A DNA stretch of 64,000 nt. Origin: Amoebidium appalachense. Lineage: Eukaryota > Protista > Ichthyosporea. Below are positions 10,010 to 20,354 of the stretch, piece after piece. Location of the stretch: NCBI GenBank assembly GCA_963693365.1, contig CAVNZM010000009.1, positions 994,231 through 1,058,230 of the forward strand. Direction: 5' to 3'. Position 1 is the first letter of the stretch, and every line of letters begins with the position of its first letter. The position numbers and the translations under genes are program-made. Under the pieces are notes generated by a model that saw only the letters and a list, made by a program, of their open reading frames with translations, made no database searches and was not told the origin of the DNA.

Positions 10010-10460
10010 ATCTCGCGGAGTCTACGAATTCTTATGCATTTTCGGCCTAGCGATTTAGTACATTGTGGCGGCTTATTTGGCCAGGGCTGAATTTTGTGCG
10101 TTTTTTTTTTATCAAAGAGTCGCGCAGCCAATCGTTCATTTCCGATGAACCAACAACCAATCGTTAATTCGAAATGAATTCGGTGATTGGATACAATTCA
10201 GCCAACAAATGGGTTGTTGCCATGTGTTATTAATGATTGGTTTGTCGAAATGTCCCGCATTTTTCTTGACTTGTCGAATCACTGATCTTCAACCAGTCAT
10301 ATATCTAACATTTGCTTTTCTGTATTTGTAATTGGCTACACGTCATGCAAGTGTTTTGGGCTAAAAGATCCCCGTGCTGTGATTGGTTGCTCAATCGTAT
10401 CACGTGGGAAGATGCATCGGTATGTTGTTTTGCTTTATTGAGCCCCTCGGGTCGGACGTT

Positions 10461-10892
10461 CTACTCCGAGTCGCCGTCGTCGAGCCTCAGGATGGAATCC
10501 GTTTCTATATAGTTGTCCTTGTCCACGTGTTTGAGTGATTGCTTTGTGGCGAGGTCTTTGTCTGGTATGGCAGTCAGGAAGGATACCAGGTCGTGGGCCT
10601 TTTTCGTGTCCTTGAAGTACGTTTCGAGCTGACGGCGGAGATACTGTTCGCTTAGTTGTGGCTTTTTGATTGATTCTTGAAGAATCAGAAGGTCTTTCGT
10701 GGGAAGCTCGAGTGACCTGACATTTCCAGACGACATGTACTTCAGAATGGCCTTCTTTATAGTATTCATTTTCTTGGTCACAGGTTTTGTCTGTGCCGCG
10801 TGCTCCTTGATCTGTGCGTGGAGGGTTGCATAGTCACGCAAAACGCCCTTCAAGCTCTCTACGTTGGAGATCTCGGTGTTTGGTTTTCCCAT
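10461..10892 (-). CDS. DUF5760-like small coiled-coil protein common in giant viruses
   Basis: 143 aa: L..YATLHAQIK...K...IKKAILKYMSS.NV..LEL....L...ESIKKPQLSEQYL..QL..YF.D..KA..LVSFL resembles the NCLDV DUF5760 family (recognised by eye). Confidence 0.68.
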   Translation of the reverse strand: MGKPNTEISNVESLKGVLRDYATLHAQIKEHAAQTKPVTKKMNTIKKAILKYMSSGNVRSLELPTKDLLILQESIKKPQLSEQYLRRQLETYFKDTKKAHDLVSFLTAIPDKDLATKQSLKHVDKDNYIETDSILRLDDGDSE

Positions 10893-11083
10893 TTGCTATT
10901 ACACACACATAATATTTTGTGGTGTTTTCGGCGATGTCGTGGTGCTTACGTCATCGAGTCTTGGTTCTGCTTGCGTCATCGAGTCTTGGTTCTGCTTGCG
11001 TCATCGACGATTATAAATGACGATGTCATCGCCCGCGAGCCCGTTTTCGATCATTGGTTGGGTTTGTCCGTGCGAACCCCAAG

Positions 11084-12325
11084 ATGCGTTTTGCGACGAC
11101 CGGGGCGAGTTGTGTGCCGCTGTGCTTTTTCAATCATCCTGTCGAAGGAGCCTCCGTGTTCCTAGCCCGACCCCGTGCCTACAATCCATTTGGGGGTGTC
11201 GAGAGGTGGAGCCTTGAGACGGGCCCCGTTGGCTTCGCGAGCGCTGGTCTGGCGCGGTTTTGCGAGTTGACCACGGCGTACGTCGTGCTGGTAGTCGATT
11301 ATCCGACGTTTGTTGTGTGGGGCAAATGTACAATCTCGTTGGTTAATCACCATCGCGCGGAACCTGGCGTTGGCAAATCAGCGTTGCTGCGCGCGTCACC
11401 GGGCAGTGCAAACGCGGATAGCCGGGTTGGGGCCGCGTCGGGTGACATGCTCGCGCTGGATGTCTTGCTGCCGTTCGATGTTACCGGTGCGCGTCTCGTG
11501 GGATACAGCGGTCGTCGCGGGGTCGTGGTATTTTTGATCCACAGCAGCCCAGATCTGGGTGACTGGGCCTGTCCGCAGCTCCGGGGATATGGGACCGGTA
11601 CTGCCGGGGTTGGGAAAGGACCCGGGTTGCCGCTTTGGTCGATGGACCGACATGTGGTCTCCGAGCATCCGTGTTCTGTGGGTGACTCGCTTGTTGTGTT
11701 GTGTCGGGGAGAGCGAGGATCGACGTTTGTTGTGTCGGTTGATTGGGTCACGGGTGCGCGGAACTGGAGTGTCTGTCTGGGTGGGTGGATGGGCGCGATG
11801 GGGGTGTTGTCGGTGTCGAGTGTCGATATCCGTGTTCTGTACCACAATCATGCGCCAGGTGAGGACGGGACGCTCGCGGTGGTGGACGCGATCGGTCTGC
11901 GGGACGGCCGACTTCTTGGGGAATGCAGAGTGGATATGCTGACGACTTGTAGACCTCATTGGTGCGGTGATGAAGTCGGGTGTGTATTCTGTTCAAAGGC
12001 ACCCCTCGAGCCCACACATCGATACTTTGCCAAGCGTGCGTTATGTACTTGTTGGGTGGATATGTACGAGAGGACGGTGTTGTGCCGCGGGGGCGACCGA
12101 TTGTATGTTGGTCGCCTGGGTTTCAGTAGAGGGGATAGCGATGTGCTGATATACGAAGTCGGCGCTGACGATGTGGTGCGTCTTGTCAGCCAGCATCGCG
12201 TGTTTCTGGATGGTGTCGTGCACGCGCTGACCATGAGTGTCGCCAGTCGATTCGTTGTTTTGGGCGTACATGTGACTGCCGATGGAGGGAGTATCTTTCA
12301 GGTTTTCCGGTGGAAGATCGAGTGA
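11084..12325 (+). CDS. Hypothetical beta-rich (possibly beta-propeller) protein
   Basis: ~413-aa ORF from the first ATG. Val/Gly-rich strands with PQQ-like motifs (VSVDWVTGARNW, IGLRDGRLLG). Start uncertain. Confidence 0.55.
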   Translation: MRFATTGASCVPLCFFNHPVEGASVFLARPRAYNPFGGVERWSLETGPVGFASAGLARFCELTTAYVVLVVDYPTFVVWGKCTISLVNHHRAEPGVGKSALLRASPGSANADSRVGAASGDMLALDVLLPFDVTGARLVGYSGRRGVVVFLIHSSPDLGDWACPQLRGYGTGTAGVGKGPGLPLWSMDRHVVSEHPCSVGDSLVVLCRGERGSTFVVSVDWVTGARNWSVCLGGWMGAMGVLSVSSVDIRVLYHNHAPGEDGTLAVVDAIGLRDGRLLGECRVDMLTTCRPHWCGDEVGCVFCSKAPLEPTHRYFAKRALCTCWVDMYERTVLCRGGDRLYVGRLGFSRGDSDVLIYEVGADDVVRLVSQHRVFLDGVVHALTMSVASRFVVLGVHVTADGGSIFQVFRWKIE

Positions 12326-12630
12326 TGTGTGGGTTACTATTGCCCGGTGTTCTAACGAATCGAAGCTACAAAGCTGGCTATTTTTGCTTTCGTGCTCAGT
12401 CATTAGTATTCAATTTACACACCATGTTCTGTCATTTGGTTTCGGTGTTGGCAATAAAGATATGTAATTGCACACCGACATGTGTCGACGGTTCGTAGTC
12501 TTTGCTTCTGTTTGCCAGCACTGCCAAAGTTTGTATCCATCAAATATTATATATAAACAGTATCTGTATCTGTATGTTGTTCCCCGTTCCGTGCATGCTC
12601 GATAATAGCACGTAAAATGATGGGTTAGTC

Positions 12631-13611
12631 TCATATGACCACTGATTCGATGTATCCTCGAGTGGGTGCGGCGTCCCTTGCAGGGCAGCCATGTGTGTGT
12701 TGCGTTTGTGTTGTGGATTGTGCGTACGGGTCGAGCTTGCGTTCGTGGCCAACAAAGAAGTTTGTCGTGAGAGTCGCGATTGTTCGGCTTGATGCGAGTG
12801 TCACTTGATATGCCTTGAGGGATGCACATGCAAATGCTTTGTCGTCGAAGAAAGACTCGCATCTCGCCAGTGTTTTTGAGATTGTTGTCGAGCCGGATTT
12901 GACGGCCGTGACCGTTCCACAGTCGTGCAGTGGAAACGCAACATATGTGCCTTCAAAAGCACCCTTGACGGTCCAACAAGGGCTCTGTTTGTCTCCAGAG
13001 AAGTGGATCAGTCCTGAAGATATTGCCCCGTGAACTGTCCCGTCGTATGTCATCCACGGAGACGATCCGTGTGTGAATACGCGGCCGCCGTGTACATCCA
13101 GAAATGCAATTCTATGGATGTTTGGGTCCCTCGGTGTGGCCGTTTTCTGTTGGGGTTCGTTATTTTCTTGGTAGAGTCTTTTGTAATTGGCGAGTTCGTG
13201 GTGAAGCCTAATGTTATCCTTTTCCGTCTCTTGTAATGAATTTATAAGCCTGTTCTGATTATTTAAGAGCTTGATCGCATTGCTTATTTGCGACATGATA
13301 TTTTCCAATCCCTTCTCGAGCGGATCGTCTTTGGTGTTTTCTGTTGTGTCTGGCTGCAAATGAGCAGCCATCGTCGTGAAATGATTCAAAATTTTGAGTG
13401 TCTGTGTGGAGGTTCTGTTAAACATGTTTATTATATTTTTAATGTCGTCTATTTTGTTTGGGTCGTCGACATCAGTGCCACCCCCAACTGTTCCCGATCC
13501 AGCGGTGTCGCTTTCGTTTGGCATTTTCGATAACAATTTGACGATGTCATCGTGTGTGGCGCTCAGTGAATTCCGAATTCCGCTTAGAATTTCTTCGTTG
13601 TCGGTTGACAT
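12631..13611 (-). CDS. Hypothetical protein with N-terminal coiled coil (326 aa; C-terminus possibly frameshifted)
   Basis: Long ORF starting just left of the tandem array, with a heptad-like N-terminal half. Confidence 0.6.
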   Translation of the reverse strand: MSTDNEEILSGIRNSLSATHDDIVKLLSKMPNESDTAGSGTVGGGTDVDDPNKIDDIKNIINMFNRTSTQTLKILNHFTTMAAHLQPDTTENTKDDPLEKGLENIMSQISNAIKLLNNQNRLINSLQETEKDNIRLHHELANYKRLYQENNEPQQKTATPRDPNIHRIAFLDVHGGRVFTHGSSPWMTYDGTVHGAISSGLIHFSGDKQSPCWTVKGAFEGTYVAFPLHDCGTVTAVKSGSTTISKTLARCESFFDDKAFACASLKAYQVTLASSRTIATLTTNFFVGHERKLDPYAQSTTQTQHTHGCPARDAAPTRGYIESVVI

Positions 13612-13695
13612 TTCTGTTTATCATTGCTGTGAAAATATCGACACCGCCCGAGCGACAAATTATTGGTCTCGCAACGGACACGCCAATCGGCGAGT

Positions 13696-14958
13696 CTGGT
13701 GGGACGGAAGCAAGGGTTCTGTGTGGCGACCAATCGGAACGCGCGGTTGGGGCGTGGTCGTGGTGACGGGACTGCGGTCAAGAGTAGAAGCATCATCGAA
13801 GGCCCTGTCGTGTCGGACGCGCAATCTGATTGGTGGGACGGAAGCAAGGGTTCTGTGTGGCGACCAATCGGAACGCGCGGTTGGGGCGTGGTCGTGGTGA
13901 CGGGACTGCGGTCAAGAGTAGAAGCATCATCGAAGGCCCTGTCGTGTCGGACGCGCAATCTGATTGGTGGGACGGAAGCAAGGGTTCTGTGTGGCGACCA
14001 ATCGGAACGCGCGGTTGGGGCGTGGTCGTGGCGAACAATCGGAACGCGCGGTTGGGACGTGGTCGTGGTGACGGGACTGCGGTCAAGAGTAGAAGCATCA
14101 TCGAAGGCCCTGTCGTGTCGGACGCGCAATCTGATTGGTGGGACGGAAGCAAGGGTTCTGTGTGGCGACCAATCGGAACGCGCGGTTGGGGCGTGGTCGT
14201 GGTGACGGGACTGCGGTCAAGAGTAGAAGCATCATCGAAGGCCCTGTCGTGTCGGACGCGCAATCTGATTGGTGGGACGGAAGCAAGGGTTCTGTGTGGC
14301 GACCAATCGGAACGCGCGGTTGGGGCGTGGTCGTGGTGACGGGACTGCGGTCAAGAGTAGAAGCATCATCGAAGGCCCTGTCGTGTCGGACGCGCAATCT
14401 GATTGGTGGGACGGAAGCAAGGGTTCTGTGTGGCGACCAATCGGAACGCGCGGTTGGGGCGTGGTCGTGGCGAACAATCGGAACGCGCGGTTGGGACGTG
14501 GTCGTGGTGACGGGACTGCGGTCAAGAGTAGAAGCATCATCGAAGGCCCTGTCGTGTCGGACGCGCAATCTGATTGGTGGGACGGAAGCAAGGGTTCTGT
14601 GTGGCGACTAATCGGAACGCGCGGTTGGGGCGTGGTCGTGGTGACGGGACTGCGGTCAAGAGTAGAAGCATCATCGAAGGCCCTGTGTCGTGTCGGACGC
14701 GCAATCTGATTGGTGGGACGGAAGCAAGGGTTCTGTGTGGCGACCAATCGGAACGCGCGGTTGGGGCGTGGTCGTGGTGACGGGACTGCGGTCAAGAGTA
14801 GAAGCATCATCGAAGGCCCTGTGTCGTGTCGGACGCGCAATCTGATTGGTGGGACGGAAGCAAGGGTTCTGTGTGGCGACCAATCGGAACGCGCGGTTGG
14901 GGCGTGGTCGTGTGGTCAAGAGTTCGAAGACCATATCGTGTCGAACGCGCAATCTGAT
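13696..14958. repeat. Tandem array of 9 near-identical ~134-bp units with higher-order structure
   Basis: GGTGGGACGGAAGC anchors at 13698, 13832, 13966, 14137, 14271, 14405, 14576, 14712 and 14848, giving periods 134,134,171,134,134,171,136,136. The last unit is partial. Confidence 0.95.
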
Positions 14959-15194
14959 GTGTGATTTTTCTGTTGTTTTTTTTTGTGTTATTTTATTCTC
15001 CTTCTGTGATTTGTGTACAACAGTCTTAAACGGGGCGGTCCAATTGATGGATGTCTCTTGATACTTTGTTTTTGTCGCTACGTTGTGTGTCTCCTGGCTA
15101 TAAGAAGTGTTGTGTGTGTGTGTCAGTATGCTCATTTTACAGTCGCAGCTTTCTCTTCACATCTACTCTAGCTCTCAACGAGGCTGTTTTCAAC

Positions 15195-16382
15195 ATGTCT
15201 AACCTTAGCTCTCGAGACTACGACTTGGGGGTTGATGGTGCTGCAATCGAGGCGGCCCTTGCCATTCCTAGGAATGTCAAAAACCTCGTGCGCGTTGCTG
15301 GGTTCGGATGTGTTGTCCGTGATCTGATGACTAGTTTTGCAGACCATACCCACGACGAGGGGCTCAAGGAAATCCTTTCTGCTATCAAGTGTATGTTACC
15401 TGAAGGGATACCGCAATACCCGAGGGGTTTCACTTCAGAAGACGAAGAGAGTCTGAGGACCGCCATCGTTTCTTACTGCAAGAGTAGCAACCGCAACGCC
15501 ACGATTGCTCGGAATGCCGAGTCGCGTGCACGTGCCGGTGATCTCGCCCAGTCTATGGGTGCCGCCCCCATCGCCCCGCCTCAAGATGTCGCCCCCATCG
15601 CCCCGCCTCAAGATGTCGACACCGAGATGGCTGAGCAAGACCCAGATGATACTAAGATGGGTGATCACAATTCGGAAAGGAGCTCCAGTAGTAGGTCTGA
15701 TGCCGAATCGTCGTCGTCTTCGTCTTCATCTGATGACGATGACAACGATGACAGCGATGACAACGATGACAACAAGGGGGCTATCTGTCTCGGAGAGTTC
15801 TACAGTCTTATGCATAAGAATGGTGAGAGCCAGGACAACGTGGGTATCGATGTGCCAGCCTCGCGGTTTGCTATGTTCGATAAACTGGGCAACCCAATCT
15901 TTGTCGAGTCACGCCATCGAATCGCCGAACCCCAAACCGCTCCGATCGAGGTTTCCTCTGACGATGACACCACTCAAGATCGTCCGCCTGTCGCTCAGCC
16001 CGTCGTCTCTAATGGGATCAGTAAGACCACTGGCCGCAAGTTGGCGATTCCATCGGTGGGCAAGACCCCCCCCGGGACTGCCGAGGCACTTCGGAAGATC
16101 GCGAATGCCGGTGTTCAAAAGCACTCCAAGCCCAAGAATTCTAAGCCCAAGAAGTCTAAGAAGTGTAAGTCGGCTCCGGCGCCCCAATCGCCCGCACCCA
16201 ACAACATTGCCGACTGTAATAACCCAGAGAGTAGAAAACGTGCATTTTCTGAATATATGGATACTTGCAAGAATCTTTGTAAACTGGTAAAGAAGAATAT
16301 ATTGACAGAGGAGCAGGCTAAACAGGCTAAAATTGCGGCCTGGCAGAAGAGAATCGAAGACGAGTCAAAGCCCGATGAATAG
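15195..16382 (+). CDS. Hypothetical protein (395 aa) with acidic/Ser tract and Lys-rich C-terminus
   Basis: ATG in CAACATG context, internal duplication APIAPPQDV x2, SSSSDDDD tract and KPKNSKPKKSKK. Confidence 0.65.
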   Translation: MSNLSSRDYDLGVDGAAIEAALAIPRNVKNLVRVAGFGCVVRDLMTSFADHTHDEGLKEILSAIKCMLPEGIPQYPRGFTSEDEESLRTAIVSYCKSSNRNATIARNAESRARAGDLAQSMGAAPIAPPQDVAPIAPPQDVDTEMAEQDPDDTKMGDHNSERSSSSRSDAESSSSSSSSDDDDNDDSDDNDDNKGAICLGEFYSLMHKNGESQDNVGIDVPASRFAMFDKLGNPIFVESRHRIAEPQTAPIEVSSDDDTTQDRPPVAQPVVSNGISKTTGRKLAIPSVGKTPPGTAEALRKIANAGVQKHSKPKNSKPKKSKKCKSAPAPQSPAPNNIADCNNPESRKRAFSEYMDTCKNLCKLVKKNILTEEQAKQAKIAAWQKRIEDESKPDE

Positions 16383-16589
16383 GTTTTGTGTTGCTTTACG
16401 ATGTTATTACGATGTAAATCCTGTCATTAGTGTCGATGTGTGTTCTTAGTCTTAACAGAAGATTCGGATTCTATTAGTATGCATATGTGTTTCTGTGTTT
16501 GTTTCTTATATCGACTTGGCTTGTTAATATATGTAAAAAGTTTCATTGTGTTGTTACTCGATATGTTTGGCGAATATTATTAAAATAAA

Positions 16590-16997
16590 CACCCCCCCCC
16601 CCCCCCCGCGTGCCCCCCCCCCCCCCTGCCCCGCGTGCCCCCCCCCCCCCCCTGCCCCCCTGCCCCCCCCTGCCTCACGTGCCTCACCTGCCTCACGTGC
16701 CTCGCCTGCCTCGCCTGCCCCCCCTGCCTCGCCTGCCCCCCCTGCCTCACGTGCCTCACGTGCCCCCCTGCCTCACGTGCCTCGCCTGCCCCCCCCCCCC
16801 CCCCCCCCCTGCCTCACGTGCCTCACGTGCCCCCCCCCCCCTGCCCGGGTCAAGACTTAGCTTTTTTCTCTCTCTCTCTTTTCTCTCTCTCTCTCTCTCT
16901 CTCTCTCGTAGACTTAGCTTTTTTCTCTCTCTCTCTCTCTCTCTCGTAGACTTAGCTTTTTTCTCTCTCTCTCTCTCTCTCTCGTGTAGACTTAGCT

Positions 16998-17030
<33 letters not shown>
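16590..17030. repeat. Low-complexity repeats at the edge of the viral-like block
   Basis: CCTGCCTCACGTG/CCTGCCTCG units, then four GACTTAGCTTTTTT(CT)n units. Confidence 0.8.
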
Positions 17031-17034
<4 letters not shown>

Positions 17035-17194
17035 CCATTTTCCCACTTAGAAGTGGGTAATGCTGTATCGTTTGTTTTGTCTTTTTTTGAAGTGGGAAAA
17101 GTGGGAAGTGGGAAATAGATTGATCGCGATCGGATCGGAGATGGTTTGGTGTGGTGTGATCTCAAAGTTACCAGGCCACGTGACTAGTCCAATA

Positions 17195-17463
17195 TTGGAT
17201 TGGGCGATGGACTTGGTAAGGTTCGAATCGAATCGCGAAGGGCCGCCAGGCCCGGAGCACGGAGCACGGCGCCCGGCCCGCGCGGGGTCTGGGGGGACGG
17301 GGTCTGGGGGGGACGGGGCGGAGTGGATCATCCACTCCGCCCCGTCCCCCCCAGACCCCGTCCCCCCAGACCCCGCGCGGGCCGGGCGCCGTGCTCCGTG
17401 CTCCGGGCCTGGCGGCCCTTCGCGATTCGATTCGAACCTTACCAAGTCCATCGCCCAATCCAA
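17195..17463. repeat. Perfect 269-bp palindrome (foldback element or opened hairpin)
   Basis: 134-bp arms around a single C at 17329. The core 17196-17462 is TG...CA, flanked on both sides by AATAT. Confidence 0.95.
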
Positions 17464-18199
17464 ATATCATACAACATGTGCACGCCTGCATCAGTTTGAA
17501 TAGAACACTTGGAACCTGATGTCGTGACCGGCGTCAAATGGCTATGTGGTGGCCAAAATCGATTGGCTATGATGAACCTGGTATGCAGATATCCATTATC
17601 ATACCCAGCTAAACTTTTGGTACTTCAAGAAATGTATCCCTAGAGTTATAAACTTCCTATAAATATTCGCTGTTTTGAATTTTTGAAACCTTTTTTGGTT
17701 GTGCGAACCGATTTGCACCGGTTTTGTATGCACTGACAGCACTTATGTGGTAACGTGTATACCTTATGGCTCAGTCAAGTGTAATCTGATTGTCTAAATA
17801 TCACGCATAGGTTTTGGCATTTAAAATGATACGGTGGCGGCGACCGGGTAAACAAACCCCAAGGAACGCAGGAAAGGCTCCGTTTTCATTTTAAAAACAG
17901 CCACTTGAGTCTCGATTTACCAAATAATACATAGAGTTTTGTGTACCAGATACAAAATGTGTGGCTGTGATTAATAAGAAGATTTTGTGCCATTTAAAAT
18001 ACATTCTGACCCCCGCACATCGTTGTTTCGCCGTCACAACTTATCAGCCAATCATTGCACTCCATGTGGTTTTCCCCGTGAGCCAGCAAGTATATAACCA
18101 GAAGCAGGGTTTCCACATTACATCAAAACACAGCCTCGCTCTGTTGTTGTTCACACACAATATATACTTCGCCAGTAATTCTATAACACACATATCACA

Positions 18200-20323
18200 A
18201 TGGCGTCGCCTAAGTGGAACTACAACAACATCAACCTTTCGGCCCTTACGGACCGCTCCGAAGCTACACAGAAACTTCGGTTGGAAGCCGTAAAGGGCAT
18301 GCCTGTTCTTTTCCTCGCCAGTGTGTACATGGCGGAAACATACTGGATTGGAACTATACAGCACCTAGTCAAATCCCTGGTCACAGAGGTGGGCGTGGAC
18401 CTTGTAATGTGTTTCAACAAGGCACCCGCAGACTATAAACTGGAGGGGGAAATGCGCGAGAAAGGGTTAATTCGCAGGGCGATATACGCCGATTTGAGCG
18501 ACACGGAACACACAGCAGACAACATTCTCGTTGCGTTGAAAGAGAGTGGTATCAGTGTGGGTGCCGTGTTCTCTTCCTACGAGGAAATGCAGTGCATTGT
18601 GGGCGAGATTGCTGGCCGTCTGGATCTCCCCGGCAACAAGGCGGAGTCTTATCTTGCTGCTCGCAACAAGTACCTCTCACGGGAGATGTGTGAGAAGCAC
18701 GACCTGGCCTTCCCAAAGTATGCTAAGGTGGGTACACGAGGGTATCATATTATGTCTGTATGTACGGGTGTTTCATATATCACGTGTAGTAATCCGAGTA
18801 ATGGCGACACTAATACCGATTTATCATTTATGGCAATGCATACGATATAGGTTTCGTATGTGGTTTACTTTCCCTTAGAGTTTTCCGGTTTTTTTTGTTT
18901 TTTTTTAAACGAGTAGCTGCTTTTCTTCGCTTCTTTTTTCTTGTTACATGTGGCCCCGATATCCCTTTCTCAGACTGGCTTTCCTCCAAACCCACGAATC
19001 CTTCTTTGTTGGTGAGTTTTGCTTGCTGTGTTTGAAAAAAAGTGGGGTTGCTTTCAAATTTGATGTAACCCCCTATTTCGTATCCATATCTACTATTATT
19101 GTTGTCTGCCTGGCACCCTGCTAACCACTTAACCCCGCAGGTAGAAACCCGAGAGCAGCTCGAGTCAGTCATCGAGGACTGGGGCCTCCCCCTTGTCCTC
19201 AAACCCTCGTCCGGTGCAGGGTCCGAAGGTGTCGTTAAGTGTGAAACCTTTAAAGGAGCACTCGAAATCTACGATCACCTCTTGCATGAACTCACCACAA
19301 ACGACGAACTCAATTGGTCGCCCTCCTGCCCCCCGTTTGTTCTTGCCGAGCAGTATATGGATGGGGCAGAATTCGATTGCGATCTACTTTTCTGGAACGG
19401 TGAATGTGTGTTTGAGGCGTTGACTGATAACTGGCCAACCAAAGAGCCGTACTTTCTCGAAGACGGTTACAACCACCCGTCGAAATTTGACGCTGAAAAA
19501 CAACGTGAAATAATCGATTACTGCAAATCGTGCGTTTTGGCGCTGGGTTTCACCCAGGGGTGTTTCCACGTTGAGGCAAAGTACACCGACAAGACGTGTC
19601 TGCGGATGATGCCTGATGGTTCAAAGGCCGGCCAGCCCCTTCTCATTGAGGTCAACCCCCGTGTGGGTGGAGGTCAGCTGAGCCAGTGGTATCAGGTGTG
19701 TTTTCAGACTTCCCCCGTCCCCGCCACCCCCCCCCCCCCCCCCCCCCCCGCGCACCCCCTCCCCCCCCCCCCCCCCCCCCACCCACCCACCCACCACCAC
19801 CACCACCACCAAAATGTCCCATGGCTGTCCTCCACCTCCCCTTCCCCCGGCCCTACATCTCTCACCTTCTAGCTCCCGTCCCTTAAATTACACTGGTTTC
19901 TTTTGTTTTGTTTTTTCCGCATCCCCACCTCCCCCAATATCAACTCTCACCCACAAACACACTCCCCCCCCCCCCCATTCCCCCCCCCCCCCCCCCCCCC
20001 CCCCCCACCAAACAAAAAAAAAAAACCCCTCCCCCACATTCCCCCTGCCAGTTCCAAAAAAAAAAAAAAAGAAGCTATCTCTCCCTCCCTCCACCTATGC
20101 CTTCCCCACCCCCCCACCCCCCGCCCCCCGGCCCCCCTCCCCCCCCTCCCCCCCCCTCCCCCCCCCCCCCCTCCTCCTCCTCCTCCTCCCCCCAATGTCC
20201 AACGACTGTCCCCCATCTCCTCTTCCCCCTAAGCCCCCTCCTTAGTAGCTACCTCTCTCACCTCCTCCCGCCCCTTAAGTTACACAGGCTTCTTTTATTG
20301 TTTTCTTTGCACACACACCCCCC

Positions 20324-20354
<31 letters not shown>

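Larger units (their letters stand above)
841..17100. mobile_element. Probable giant endogenous viral element (Nucleocytoviricota-like), partial and decaying
   Basis: About 12 closely spaced intronless ORFs, including YqaJ, KilA-N/T5orf172, DUF5760-like and AAA ATPase. It lacks the microsatellite-filled introns of the flanking DNA. The right boundary is approximate, and no capsid or polymerase gene lies in the window. Confidence 0.7.

Noticed and set aside
13696-14958. CRISPR-like array
   Set aside because: Units are identical along their whole length, with no unique spacers and no cas genes. The overlapping ORFs here are repeat artefacts.
13698-17463. Palindrome arm length (134) equals the tandem unit length (134)
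   Set aside because: The two share no sequence similarity, so this is treated as coincidence.
17047-17503. Mirror-image ORFs on both strands
   Set aside because: They are a by-product of the GC-rich palindrome and have no coding signature.
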